This document shows positions 1 to 11,194 of a stretch of DNA of 64,000 nucleotides, one piece after another. The notes beneath the pieces were generated by a model. That model was not told the DNA's origin, did no database searches, and saw nothing but the letters and a program-made list of their open reading frames with translations. Both the position numbers and the translations under genes were made by a program. Each line of letters opens with the position of its first letter. The first letter of the stretch is position 1. Origin of the DNA: Dehalococcoides sp. JdFR-54 (GTDB taxonomy: Bacteria; Chloroflexota; Dehalococcoidia; JdFR-54). The stretch spans positions 15,336 through 79,335 of the forward strand of contig MTNP01000005.1 in assembly GCA_002011475.1 (NCBI GenBank). Reading direction: 5' to 3'.

Positions 1-746
1 TATAGGTTGGGCAGGACCAGGACATCGAACTGCTCCGGGTTACGCACCAGTCGCATGCACAGGGTATCGACGATCACATCCTCGAATTCGATGTCGGTAT
101 AGCCCCTGGCCACCTCTCGGGCTACGCTCAAGAAGAGGCCATCGGAGAACTTCAAGATGTTAGCCTTGTGCACGGCGGTAACCTTTTTCCGCCCCTGGGC
201 CCGGGCGTATTCGAAGGCAAAACTCACAATGCGCCGGGTGCCCGCCTCGGAGATGACCTTGAGGCTGAAACCGGTATTGGGACCCAGGGTCTCGCCCCTG
301 GTCTCAGCGATAAGGCTGAGGAGCTTAGCGGTATCCGGGGTCCCGTCCTGGAACTCGATGCCCCGGTACAGGTCCTCGGTGTTCTCCCTGACAATCACCA
401 GGTCCACATTCTCGTAGCGGGAGGGGGCACCCGGATATCTCTTGCAGGGTCGAAGGCAGGCATAGAGGTCCAGGAGCTTGCGCAAGGCCACGTTGACGCT
501 CCGAAACCCAGAGCCTATAGGGGTGGTGATGGGGCCCTTGAGGGCCACCCGGTTGGCGCGGATGGACTCCAGGACATAATCGGGCAACGGCGTGCCGTGC
601 CTGTCCTGGGCCCTATCTCCGGCGTGGGCCAATGCCCACTTGAACCTGACCCCAGTGGCCTCCAGGACCCGCCGCGCCGCCTCGGTCACCTCCGGCCCGA
701 TGCCGTCGCCGGGGATGAAGGTTATATCGTGAATCTTCTCGCCCAT
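1..746 (-). CDS. icd: isocitrate dehydrogenase (NAD(P)+), N-terminal part; 3' end lies outside the window
   Basis: Translation of the minus strand from ATG at 746..744 gives MGEKIHDITFIPGDGIGPEV...KGPITTPIGSGFRSVNVALRKLLDLYACLRP...DLVIVRENTEDLY. This matches the E. coli-type ICDH core ([30 protein letters not shown]). It is absent from the ORF track only because it is truncated. Confidence 0.8.
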   Translation of the reverse strand, partial: MGEKIHDITFIPGDGIGPEVTEAARRVLEATGVRFKWALAHAGDRAQDRHGTPLPDYVLESIRANRVALKGPITTPIGSGFRSVNVALRKLLDLYACLRPCKRYPGAPSRYENVDLVIVRENTEDLYRGIEFQDGTPDTAKLLSLIAETRGETLGPNTGFSLKVISEAGTRRIVSFAFEYARAQGRKKVTAVHKANILKFSDGLFLSVAREVARGYTDIEFEDVIVDTLCMRLVRNPEQFDVLVLPNL

Positions 747-770
747 GACTATCCGCTCACATAGGTATGG

Positions 771-1949
771 TTAACCCCTCAGGGAGGCGACGAGAATATC
801 CCAGTCTCCCGGGGACTGGTCGGACCAGGCTATATACACCTTGTCCCCCCGACCCAGGGCGATGACAGGATCGCCGGACTCGGGCTTGTTATGGCTTATG
901 TTGATGGCCCGGGACCAGTCGCCCCCTTGGGGCTTGGTGGCATACAGGATGTCGTAAGTTTGATCGGGGCCCGGCGGCAAATAGTTCCAGGCCAGGTGAA
1001 GGGTGTCCTCGTCGTCTATGACCAGCCAGGGATAGCCGGCGCTGCCAATAATATCCTGATGGAGGTTGACCACAGGGGCCCAATCCCCGCCTGGCGGCTT
1101 GAAGGTATACATGATGTCCCAGACACCTTGCCATAGGCTATCATCGTGCCATAAAAGGTGGACATTGTTCCGGCTATCCACCGCCAGTCTGGGGCTTCGC
1201 GATTTGCCTTCATTGTTGGAGATATTGATCGGCTTTGACCACTGGCCGTGGGGGGGGGGGCGGCTCATGTACAGGATCTCCCAAGGTGTCTCGCCCTTGG
1301 AGCTCCAGGCCAGGTGCAGATTGCCAGCCCCATCTGCCACCAGGGCAGCATCCTGGGACTCATCGTCATCGAAGGTGAGATTGATGGGCTCAGACCAATC
1401 CCCTCCTTTGGGCTTGAAGGTATAATGAATATCCATGCTTATGCCAGTCCATTCGCTGTAGACCAGGTGCAGGTTGTCCTCCCGGTCGGCGATGATACAA
1501 GCCCTCTGAGAGTGCCGATCGGTCTGGGTCAGGTTCACCGGCTCAGACCAGTCCCCGCCGCTGGGTTTGGTGGCATAGAAGATATCCTCTTTCTCCCTGG
1601 GCGCCGGGGGCCCATGCCACACCAGGTGGAGGGTGTCCTGGCTATCAATGGCCAGGCAAGGCTCGCGGCTGTAACTCTCGGTGCGAGAGAGCCGGACTGG
1701 CTGAGACCACTCCCCACCCCAGGGTTTGGCGGCATAGAAGATATTATAGTGTCCCGGGGTGAGATCATACCAGACCAAGTGCAGGCCGCCCTGGCTGTCA
1801 GCCACAAGGCGAGCCCCCAGGGATTCCCTGGCACTCTGAGAGACATTGACCACCCCCTCCACCGCTGATTTGCAACTGCCCATAACCAGCACCAGGCCGA
1901 TCAGACCTCCGGGGAAAGCGATCCTGGTAAATAGGTTCAAAGCCCCCAT
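771..1949 (-). CDS. secreted lipoprotein with 7 ~47-aa repeats, predicted beta-propeller; paralog A
   Basis: The likely start is the internal Met MGALNLFTRIAFPGGLIGLVLVMGSC (signal peptide plus lipobox). Seven repeats share the motifs [LV]HL[VA]W ... DI[FL]Y[AT]xKPxGGDWSxP[IV]NL[ST]. The start ATG 1949..1947 lies 2 nt after the stop of paralog B. Confidence 0.6.
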   Translation of the reverse strand: MGALNLFTRIAFPGGLIGLVLVMGSCKSAVEGVVNVSQSARESLGARLVADSQGGLHLVWYDLTPGHYNIFYAAKPWGGEWSQPVRLSRTESYSREPCLAIDSQDTLHLVWHGPPAPREKEDIFYATKPSGGDWSEPVNLTQTDRHSQRACIIADREDNLHLVYSEWTGISMDIHYTFKPKGGDWSEPINLTFDDDESQDAALVADGAGNLHLAWSSKGETPWEILYMSRPPPHGQWSKPINISNNEGKSRSPRLAVDSRNNVHLLWHDDSLWQGVWDIMYTFKPPGGDWAPVVNLHQDIIGSAGYPWLVIDDEDTLHLAWNYLPPGPDQTYDILYATKPQGGDWSRAINISHNKPESGDPVIALGRGDKVYIAWSDQSPGDWDILVASLRG

Positions 1950-1951
1950 AG

Positions 1952-3133
1952 CTAGCCGCCCAGCGTGGTGGCGTAGATATCCCAGTGCCCCGGGGACTCG
2001 TCGGACCAAGCGACGTGGATCTTGCCCGCTGGGTCGATGACTATGGTGGAGTCATTGGAGTTGGGGTGGTTGCGGCTGAGGTTTTGAACCTTGGACCAGG
2101 TGCCACCTTTGGCCTTGGTGGTATAGAAGACCTCAAACGGCCCCTCATAGCCTGATTTGAAGTTAAAGCTCAGATGCACGCCATCTTTGTGGTCTATGGC
2201 GATGGCGGGCACAGCGCAGACCCCGTCTATCTCGGCGGTAAGGCTGACCACATACCATTCCTCGCCGGGGGCCTTGGTGGCATATAAAATATCCCAGGGG
2301 GCCGCGGTATCATCGTGCCACACCACATGCACCTTGTTCTCGCTGTCCACCGCCAGCTTGGCCTGCTCGGATCTGCCGATATTATTGGAGATGTTCGCTG
2401 GTTCTGACCAGTCGCCGAACCGGGGCTTATAGACGTAGAAGACCTCCGACGGTGCCTCCTCGGGCCCGGTTTTGGCCCTCAGGTCTTCATGCCACCACAC
2501 CACGTGGATAGTTCCATCACTATCTATGGCCAGGTCCGGCTGGCTGGAGTTGAATTTCTGGTTGCTGATATTTACCGGCTCGGACCAGGTACCGCCTTTG
2601 GGCTTATACATGTAGAAAACATCCCTGCCTATGCCGGTCCACTCCTCATAGACCAGGTGCAGCCCACCCTCCGGGTCGGCCACAATGGTCGGGTTTTGGG
2701 AGTGCTCATCGCTTTGGGTCAGGTTCTCCGTTGGAGACCAGTCCCCCCCTTTCGGCTTGGTAGCGTAGAAGATGTCATGCTTACCATCTGGGGGGCCGTA
2801 CCACACCAGATGGACAGCATCCTCATTATCTACAGTCAGAGACGGGTTTCTGGCCCACTTTGTCTCGCTGGCAATTAGGGCGGGGGAATACCAGCCCTTG
2901 CCCGGGGGCTTATATGAGTAGAAGATGTCGCCGCCTCCCCCGGTGATTGTGGCATCAAACCAGGCCATGTGGAGCGTGCCCTGGCTATCAACGGCCATGT
3001 GGGCGCCGAGGGAGTCCTTCACCGTCTTGGATACATTTGTCACTATGGGCAAAGCAGTTTGACAGCCGGCCACAAGATAAATGATCAGGCCCAGCAACAA
3101 TGCCCAGACGATGGGAAGCGCCACTTTCTTCAT
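1952..3133 (-). CDS. secreted lipoprotein with 7 ~47-aa repeats, predicted beta-propeller; paralog B
   Basis: MKKVALPIVWALLLGLIIYLVAGCQ has a signal peptide and an LVAGC lipobox. Seven repeats (TLHMAWFD, AVHLVWYG, GLHLVYEEW, TIHVVWWHE, KVHVVWHDD, GVHLSFNF, KIHVAWSDES) each carry FY..KPKGG[DT]WS. The start ATG overlaps the leuD stop as ATGA. Confidence 0.65.
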   Translation of the reverse strand: MKKVALPIVWALLLGLIIYLVAGCQTALPIVTNVSKTVKDSLGAHMAVDSQGTLHMAWFDATITGGGGDIFYSYKPPGKGWYSPALIASETKWARNPSLTVDNEDAVHLVWYGPPDGKHDIFYATKPKGGDWSPTENLTQSDEHSQNPTIVADPEGGLHLVYEEWTGIGRDVFYMYKPKGGTWSEPVNISNQKFNSSQPDLAIDSDGTIHVVWWHEDLRAKTGPEEAPSEVFYVYKPRFGDWSEPANISNNIGRSEQAKLAVDSENKVHVVWHDDTAAPWDILYATKAPGEEWYVVSLTAEIDGVCAVPAIAIDHKDGVHLSFNFKSGYEGPFEVFYTTKAKGGTWSKVQNLSRNHPNSNDSTIVIDPAGKIHVAWSDESPGHWDIYATTLGG

Positions 3134-3627
3134 GGCAGTTCAAAATCTCCGTATTTCTTGATATATTCTACCAGACCCCCCTCCTCCAGGATGCGCAGCA
3201 TCACCTCCGCCATCCTGCCCGAGGCGAGCTGGGTGCCCTTGGTCATGTTGTGCACCTTTCCACTGGCTAAGTCTACCTCGAGCTCATCGCCCTCGTCAAT
3301 GGCATCGGTATCGCAAATAAGTAAGGGCAATCCCACATTGATGGCATTGCGGAAAAAGATGCGGGCCGCCGACTTGGCCAGGACAGCGCCCACCCCGGCC
3401 ATCTTGAGGCTCAACGGGGCATGCTCCCGGCTGGAGCCCAGGCCGAAGTTCTTGCCGGCCACCAGGAAATCCCCAGGGCTGAGCCGAGAGACGAAGTCCG
3501 GCCTGAGGTCCTCCAGGACGTGTTTAGCCAGCTCGGGGAGGTTGCTGCGGAGGGGGGCCAACCGCCCGGGCACGATGTCATCGGTGGAGATATCGTCTCC
3601 GAACTTGAAGGCCTTGCCTTTGAGCAT
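3130..3627 (-). CDS. leuD: 3-isopropylmalate/(R)-citramalate dehydratase small subunit (archaeal-type, 165 aa)
   Basis: MLKGKAFKFGDDISTDDIVPGR...GKNFGLGSSREHAP is a typical LeuD/aconitase-swivel small subunit. Confidence 0.85.
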   Translation of the reverse strand: MLKGKAFKFGDDISTDDIVPGRLAPLRSNLPELAKHVLEDLRPDFVSRLSPGDFLVAGKNFGLGSSREHAPLSLKMAGVGAVLAKSAARIFFRNAINVGLPLLICDTDAIDEGDELEVDLASGKVHNMTKGTQLASGRMAEVMLRILEEGGLVEYIKKYGDFELP

Positions 3628-4881
3628 CTATAGGAACCCCCTGGGGTCAGCCACCTCACCGGCCAAGGCCGTGGCCGCGGCGGTGGCGGGGCTGGCCAGA
3701 TAGATAAAGGCCTCAGGGTTGCCCATCCGCCCCCTGAAGTTGCGATTGCCGGTGGAGACACAGGTCTCGCCATCGCCCAAAACCCCCTGATGGACGCCGA
3801 GGCAGGCGGCACAGCCAGGGGGCACCACCCCGGCCCCTGCCTCCACGAGGGTCTCCAGGTAGCCGGCATTCATGGCCTGGATTAGAATCGAGGTCGAGGC
3901 GGGGCCCACGATGAGTCGGGTATCGGGGTGGCGCCGTCTGCCCCTGAGAATGGAGGCGGCCACCGCCAAGTCCTCCAGGCGGCCACCGGTGCAGGTGCCG
4001 ATGAATACCTGGTGCACCTTAGTCCCCCTGAGCTCCTGGACAGGGGCAGTGTTATCCACGGCATGGGGTTTGGCTATCATGGGCTCCAGCCCGGCGACAT
4101 CCACCTCAATAGTGCGCTCGTAGCTGGCATCGGGGTCGGCGGCCAGGGGCCGATAGCCCTGCCCCCGACCATGTTCCTCCAGGTATCCCTTGGTGACCTC
4201 ATCACTGGGGAAGAGGCCCACCTTTGCCCCCGCCTCCACCACCATATTGGCCACGGTGAGGCGGTCGGAGATGCTCATCTTGGAGAGGGTCTCTCCGGTG
4301 AATTCCAGGGCCCGGTAAGTGGCGCCATCGGCGCCGATGCTGCCGATGAGATGGAGGATGAGGTCCTTGGCATAGACCCCCCTGGGGAAATCCCCACGGA
4401 GGCACACCCTAAAGCTTTCGGGCACCCGGAACCAGGTCTTGCCCAGAGCCATAGCCACAGCCACATCTGTGGAGCCCATGCCGGTGGCGAAGGCCCCCAG
4501 GCCCCCGGCGGTGACGCTGTGGGAGTCGGCACCCACCACCACCTCGCCGGGGCTGGCAAACCTCTCCGCCACCAATTGATGACAGATGCCCTCGCCCACC
4601 TCGAAGAGCTGAGCGCCCACCTGGTGGGCGAACTGGCGCAGGAGGCGGTGGTCGTTGGCCAGTTCCCGGTTGGGGCTGGGGGCAGCATGGTCCAGAAAGA
4701 CCACAGTCCGCCCCGGATTGGCTACCCGCTGAAAGCCGCTGGCCCGAAACTGCCTTACCGTCAAAGGACCGGTGGTATCCTGGATGAAGGCCAGGTCTAC
4801 CCTGGCGATAACTATATCTCCGGCCTGGGCGTCTTCCCCCGAGTTCCAGCTCAGGATCTTCTCGGCCAGTGTCTTGCCCAA
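3628..4881 (-). CDS. leuC: 3-isopropylmalate dehydratase large subunit (archaeal-type, 417 aa)
   Basis: Aconitase-family large subunit: MGKTLAEKIL..., GSTDVAVAMALG, IGTCTGGRLEDL, CxxC Fe-S ligands. It is immediately adjacent to leuD. Confidence 0.85.
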   Translation of the reverse strand: MGKTLAEKILSWNSGEDAQAGDIVIARVDLAFIQDTTGPLTVRQFRASGFQRVANPGRTVVFLDHAAPSPNRELANDHRLLRQFAHQVGAQLFEVGEGICHQLVAERFASPGEVVVGADSHSVTAGGLGAFATGMGSTDVAVAMALGKTWFRVPESFRVCLRGDFPRGVYAKDLILHLIGSIGADGATYRALEFTGETLSKMSISDRLTVANMVVEAGAKVGLFPSDEVTKGYLEEHGRGQGYRPLAADPDASYERTIEVDVAGLEPMIAKPHAVDNTAPVQELRGTKVHQVFIGTCTGGRLEDLAVAASILRGRRRHPDTRLIVGPASTSILIQAMNAGYLETLVEAGAGVVPPGCAACLGVHQGVLGDGETCVSTGNRNFRGRMGNPEAFIYLASPATAAATALAGEVADPRGFL

Positions 4882-4900
4882 AGCTGTGCCTTTGCCTTAA

Positions 4901-6847
4901 CTAGCCGATAATGGCCAGGACATCGCCCTTGGAGGCTTTGGCCCCGGGGGCCAGGCTGATCTGCTTTACCACGCCATCGGCGGGGGCAGGCAGTGTCGAT
5001 TGCATCTTCATGGCCTCGAAGATGACTATGGTATCGCCGGCCTTTACCGGGGTCCCCTCCTGCACCTCATAGCGAATGACAATGCCGGGCATGGGCGCCA
5101 GGATCGGGATGCCGCCTTTGACAGGGGGGGCCGGGGATGGTGCCGGCGCCGCCTCTTCCCTGACCTCAGCCTTGGGCGGGGCCGGGGCTGGTGGTGGTGG
5201 GGAAGGGGCCGCCGACAGCCTTGCCGGTGTCGCCGAGACCGCTGGTGGGGCCGGGGTGCCCCCCACCGGCTCCACCTCTACCTTGAAATACTCATCGTCG
5301 ACGAAGACGTTGAAGGCGCGCAACGCCGCCCCCTTGGCGGGCACCTCCTTCTCCACCTTCTCCACCAGCTTGCCCGCCTTGGCCTTGGCCACCAGCTCAT
5401 CCTCTCGCTTCACGTCCTCCATGGTCTTGGGCCTGACCTCGGGGGGAGGCTCCTCCAAACCGTATTTCCAGCGCAGGAAGCGCATCCCGGTGGTGGGATA
5501 AAGGGCATAGGTGAGGACATCCCCGATATCCCTGGCGATACCCTTGGTGGCCTCCTTGGCCTTATCCAGCTCCGGCTCCAGCATGTCAGCAGCCCGGCAG
5601 GTGATGGGCTTCTCGCCCCGCTTGTAGCCCTTGAGCACGATCTTCTGGACCTCAGGGTCGATGGGGGCGGGGGGGCGGCCATACAGCCCGTAGACATAGT
5701 CCTTGACCTGGTCGGAGACCATCTTGTAACGGCCGAAGAGGACATTCTGCACCGCCTGGATGCCCACGATCTGGCTGGTGGGGGTGACCAGGGGTGGGTA
5801 GCCCAGCTCCCGGCGAGTCCTGGGCAGTTCCTCATAGACGTCCTGAAGGCGGTCCAGGGCATCGGCCTCCCGAAGCTGGGCCACCAGGTTGGTGGTCATG
5901 CCGCCGGGTATCTGGTGCATCAGCACCCCGGTGTCGATGACGGCCATCTTGGTGGTATCCAAGAAGTCGCGATATTTGGGGGCGATGGACTCGAAATACT
6001 GGCCCAGCTTGAAGAGGTGGGCCAGGTCCAGCCCGGTATCCCGGGGACCGCCCTGTAAGGCCACCACTATGGGTTCCACCGCCGGTTGAGAGGAGCGCAG
6101 GGCGAAGGGGGCCAGGGCGGTACAAACCATATCCACACCAGCCTCGGCTGCCCTTAAATAGGCCATGGAGGCCATGCCGCTGGTGTAATGGGTGTGGAGG
6201 TGCACCGGTATCCTCAGGGCCGCCTTCAGGGCTTTCACCAGCTCGTAGGCATCGTCGGGGGCGATGAGCCCGGCCATGTCCTTGATGCAGAAGGAATCCG
6301 CCCCCATATCCTGGATGATGAGGGCCTTCTGGACGAAGTAGTCTATGTTATAAACCGGCCCGCCCAGCTTGGGCTGGGTCAGGGAATAGCACAGGCAACC
6401 CTGGATGTGCTTGCCCACCTCCTTGATGGCCTTGAAGGGTGCCTCGAAGTTGCGCTCGTCGTTGACGGCATCGAAGACGCGGAAGACGTCGATGCCCACC
6501 TCGGCGGCGTGGTGGACAAAGGCCCTGACCACATCGTCGGGGTAGTTACGGTAGCCCACCAAGTTCTGGCCGCGGAGGAGCATCTGGAGGGGGGTCTTGG
6601 GCATTAGCCTCTTCAGGGTGCGCACCCTGTCCCAGGGGTCCTCGTTGAGGAAGCGGGTGGCCACATCGAAGGTGGCACCCCCCCAGACCTCCATGGACCA
6701 GAACCCCGCCTTGTCCATCTCCTCGGCGATGGGCTCCATGTCTATGGTGCGCAGGCGGGTGGCCAGGGTGGACTGGTGCCCGTCACGCAGGGTGGTATCG
6801 GTAATTTTCAGGGGGTTTATGGCTTTGGCTGCTTCCGTCCTCGTCAT
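4901..6847 (-). CDS. carboxyltransferase 5S subunit fused to C-terminal biotinyl domain (oxaloacetate decarboxylase alpha / pyruvate carboxylase subunit B / transcarboxylase 5S-1.3S type)
   Basis: The N-terminal part has the TIM-barrel motif ITDTTLRDGHQS and the C-terminal part has the biotinylation motif EAMKM after a Pro/Ala-rich linker. The likely start is MTRTEAAK (ATG 6847..6845) with RBS GGAAAGGAA 8 nt upstream. No biotin carboxylase gene is in the window. Confidence 0.85.
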   Translation of the reverse strand: MTRTEAAKAINPLKITDTTLRDGHQSTLATRLRTIDMEPIAEEMDKAGFWSMEVWGGATFDVATRFLNEDPWDRVRTLKRLMPKTPLQMLLRGQNLVGYRNYPDDVVRAFVHHAAEVGIDVFRVFDAVNDERNFEAPFKAIKEVGKHIQGCLCYSLTQPKLGGPVYNIDYFVQKALIIQDMGADSFCIKDMAGLIAPDDAYELVKALKAALRIPVHLHTHYTSGMASMAYLRAAEAGVDMVCTALAPFALRSSQPAVEPIVVALQGGPRDTGLDLAHLFKLGQYFESIAPKYRDFLDTTKMAVIDTGVLMHQIPGGMTTNLVAQLREADALDRLQDVYEELPRTRRELGYPPLVTPTSQIVGIQAVQNVLFGRYKMVSDQVKDYVYGLYGRPPAPIDPEVQKIVLKGYKRGEKPITCRAADMLEPELDKAKEATKGIARDIGDVLTYALYPTTGMRFLRWKYGLEEPPPEVRPKTMEDVKREDELVAKAKAGKLVEKVEKEVPAKGAALRAFNVFVDDEYFKVEVEPVGGTPAPPAVSATPARLSAAPSPPPPAPAPPKAEVREEAAPAPSPAPPVKGGIPILAPMPGIVIRYEVQEGTPVKAGDTIVIFEAMKMQSTLPAPADGVVKQISLAPGAKASKGDVLAIIG

Positions 6848-6878
6848 ATCTCGTTCCTTTCCGCAGGCCGGGACCAAG

Positions 6879-7076
6879 TCAGAGGCGCAGGCTTTGTCCC
6901 CTCTTGCGGGCTGGCCAGAAGAGGGGCCTCAATTGCCGGTGGCGGCCACCGATCCGCCACGGGCTGAAGGCCAGGACCGGAGGGGGGACCGCCGGCCTGA
7001 GGGCTCTCGCCTCCATCTCCATATAGGCAGAGACCGCGCTCACGATGGCAGCGCTGAGCTTGGCCCTATCCCTCAT
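6879..7076 (-). CDS. possible small (65 aa) subunit ORF between the 12S and 5S genes (epsilon/delta-type small subunit?)
   Basis: ATG lies 18 nt after the 12S stop and the stop lies 31 nt before the 5S start. The N-terminal part is hydrophobic (LSAAIVSAVSAYM). The RBS is weak and no family can be assigned from sequence alone. Confidence 0.25.
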   Translation of the reverse strand: MRDRAKLSAAIVSAVSAYMEMEARALRPAVPPPVLAFSPWRIGGRHRQLRPLFWPARKRGQSLRL

Positions 7077-7094
7077 ATAACAGTCACGCCTTTT

Positions 7095-8645
<1,551 letters not shown>

Positions 8646-8708
8646 AGCGCCCGGGCTCCAGTTGTGAATGAAAGCACACATAATACTAGCATAAATTGGG
8701 GCCGCTTT

Positions 8709-9620
8709 TCAAGGGCGGGGCTGCTCGCCACTGGCAGCCAGTGTCTCCTTTTGGGCGATGGCCTCGGCCAGTTCCAGCAGCCTTTTGGCCCGCTCCGCCA
8801 CCGGGACATCCACCAGCTTCCCATCCACCGAGGTGGCTGCCGAGCCCCGGGCCTCCGCCTCCTGGAAAGCGGCCAGCACCCTGCGGGCGTGCTCCACCTC
8901 CTCGGGGGAGGGGGTGAAGAGGCGATTCACTGGCTCCACCTGGCTGGGGTGGATGAGGCAGCGGCCCTTAAAACCCATCTGCCGCGACCACTTGGTATCC
9001 TCGATGAGGCCGGCCTCGTCCCGGAAGTTCACATATGGGGTATCCAGCGGGATGACCCCGGCGGCCATGCCGGCAATGGCGGTAATGGTGCGAGGGTAAA
9101 TCAGCTCGATGCCCTGCTCGGAGCGCACTATGCCCATATCTAAGGTATAGTCGTCGGCGCCGAAGGCTATGGCGGAGATGCGAGGGGAGGCGGAGGCGAT
9201 TTCGAACACATTTACTATGCTCTTGGCGGTCTCGATCCAGGCGGCGATCTTTATCTTGCCCACCTCCACCCCCCGCTCCCTCTCCAGGGCCTCTATCATC
9301 CCCTCCGCCCGGTGTATGTCCTGGGCCGAGCTGGGCTTGGGCAAGGTGATGCCGTCCAGTCGAGGGCCCACCACCGCCTTCAAGTCGGCCTCGGCCAGGC
9401 CGGAGACCAGCGAGTTGATGCGCACATACACCTGCTGCCCCTTAGGGGGCATGATGTCTTTTAGGAGCTCCGCTATCTGGCTGCGGGCAGTCTCCTTCTC
9501 GACAGCGGGCACCGAGTCCTCCAGGTCGAAGATGAGGGCATCGGCGGGCTGCTGAAGGGCTTTCTGGATCATATCGGGTCGGTTGCCGGGGACGAAGAGC
9601 AGGCTTCGCAGCGGTCGCAT
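8709..9620 (-). CDS. citE: HpcH/CitE-family acyl-CoA lyase (citrate lyase beta / (methyl)malyl- or citramalyl-CoA lyase-like)
   Basis: MRPLRSLLFVPGNRPDMIQKAL...DLEDSV...IHPSQVEPVN are CitE/Mcl hallmarks. Confidence 0.75.
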   Translation of the reverse strand: MRPLRSLLFVPGNRPDMIQKALQQPADALIFDLEDSVPAVEKETARSQIAELLKDIMPPKGQQVYVRINSLVSGLAEADLKAVVGPRLDGITLPKPSSAQDIHRAEGMIEALERERGVEVGKIKIAAWIETAKSIVNVFEIASASPRISAIAFGADDYTLDMGIVRSEQGIELIYPRTITAIAGMAAGVIPLDTPYVNFRDEAGLIEDTKWSRQMGFKGRCLIHPSQVEPVNRLFTPSPEEVEHARRVLAAFQEAEARGSAATSVDGKLVDVPVAERAKRLLELAEAIAQKETLAASGEQPRP

Positions 9621-9760
9621 TTCCAGATTCCCTCCGCCACAGTGGCTTCTGGCCTAGTATGCGCTATGCCATCGCCATTGTCAAGGAGCCCCCAGAACCG
9701 CCCACCCATTTGCCCCGCACGGGCCTATGTGTTAAACTAAACCCCCTGGAGAGAGGGATT

Positions 9761-10582
9761 TTGAAAATCTTGGTCAGCAATGACGACGGCATCTACGCCC
9801 GGGGGATGTGGCTGCTGGCGGAGAGGCTGAAGCAAGGGGCTGAGGTGGTGGTGGTGGCCCCTGACCGGGAGCAGAGTGGCGCGGGCACCGCTGTCAGCCT
9901 TCATCATCCCCTCCGACTGCACAGGATGCGTCCCCTGGTAGCCGGCATCGAAACCTACAGCGTGGAGGGCACCCCCTCCGATAGCATCATCCTGGCCCTG
10001 GGCACCGTGCTCAAGGATGGGGTGGACCTGGTAATCTGCGGCATCAACGAGGGGGCAAATTTGGGCAATGATGTGCTCATCTCCGGCACGGTGGGGGCAG
10101 CCCTTCAGGGCTTCTTCCACGGCATACCCTCCATCGCCTTGTCGGTGGCGGCCATCAAAGAGGCACGCTTTGAGGCAGCGGCGGAGCTGGGAGTGCTTTT
10201 GGCCCATCAGGTGGCTGAGGAGGCCATTCCCCGAGACATCCTGCTCAATGTAAACCTGCCCAACCTGCCAGCCCAGGAAATCCAAGGCATCGAGCTCACC
10301 CGGTTAGCCCAGCGAAGCTACGCCGACGTGGTCAGGGAGGGACACGATGGCAAGCGCAAGTATTACTGGATTGTGCGGGGAGAGCCCCAGTGGAATATCG
10401 ACGCCGGCACCGATATTTGGGCGGTGACCCACGGCCGGATATCCATCGCCCCTCTGGGCAGCAACCTGACCCAGGTGGCCATCCCCCCCCATTTTGGGGA
10501 GCTACTGCCGCGCCTTTGGCAGGAGCTTCGCCGCTTGGGCAGCCAGGCCCCTGGGAAGGTTGACGATGCTGAGGGTTTGTGA
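9761..10582 (+). CDS. surE: 5'/3'-nucleotidase SurE
   Basis: (M/L)KILVSNDDGIYARG from a TTG start with RBS GGAGAGAGGGA just upstream. The ORF-track start at 9659 is probably an upstream extension. Confidence 0.8.
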   Translation: MKILVSNDDGIYARGMWLLAERLKQGAEVVVVAPDREQSGAGTAVSLHHPLRLHRMRPLVAGIETYSVEGTPSDSIILALGTVLKDGVDLVICGINEGANLGNDVLISGTVGAALQGFFHGIPSIALSVAAIKEARFEAAAELGVLLAHQVAEEAIPRDILLNVNLPNLPAQEIQGIELTRLAQRSYADVVREGHDGKRKYYWIVRGEPQWNIDAGTDIWAVTHGRISIAPLGSNLTQVAIPPHFGELLPRLWQELRRLGSQAPGKVDDAEGL

Positions 10583-10658
10583 TAAAATTCGCTGCGGATT
10601 TGCGGCTAAAAGCATAGTCAAATAAACCCCAGGCCCAAACAAAGGAAAGGAGCGGGCA

Positions 10659-11165
10659 ATGGCCAAGGTGGCTTGCCGAGTGTTCAGAGACCCCCGGAAT
10701 GCCCAGGCCGCAATCGAGGAACTGGTGGCCAAGGGCTTTAGGGGGGAGGAGATCGGGGTGGTGGCCCGAGATAAGGAACTGGTGGCCAGGCTGGTGGGCC
10801 AGCAGGCAGTGGTGGAGCTCCAGCACCCCGAAATGGATAAGGTGACGGCAGCTGGGCCCCTGGCCGAGGTCATGGCCCGGGCGGGTCAGGATGGCGAGCT
10901 AACGGCGGCCATGGCCCAGGCCCTGGACATCTCTGAGGAGCGATATAACTACTACGAGTTCGGCATTTCGGTGGGCCAGGTCCTGGTCAGCGTCCATACC
11001 AGCGACCAGCAATTGGCCCAGGCCCGCCAGATCCTTAGGTCAGCCGAGGCACCCCCGCCCACGCTACCGGTCAGGGAGAGCAGCCCCGGCTTTGTGCAGG
11101 CGGAGCGGATGTCCGCCACCAACCCCATAGATGCCCCCATGTCTGGGGACTTCCGCAGATACTAA
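10659..11165 (+). CDS. YflT/general-stress-17M-like domain protein (hypothetical)
   Basis: N-terminal VFRDPRNAQAAIEELVAKGFRGEEIGVV resembles the YflT heat-induced stress protein fold. There is a good RBS AAAGGAAAGGAG. Confidence 0.45.
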   Translation: MAKVACRVFRDPRNAQAAIEELVAKGFRGEEIGVVARDKELVARLVGQQAVVELQHPEMDKVTAAGPLAEVMARAGQDGELTAAMAQALDISEERYNYYEFGISVGQVLVSVHTSDQQLAQARQILRSAEAPPPTLPVRESSPGFVQAERMSATNPIDAPMSGDFRRY

Positions 11166-11194
11166 GCGGCCATCAACCGAGGAGGATAGGCACA

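Noticed and set aside
168-764. 198-aa plus-strand ORF at the window start
   Set aside because: It is antisense to the clearly recognisable icd gene. It has Gly/Pro/Arg-rich high-GC artefact composition and no recognisable domain.
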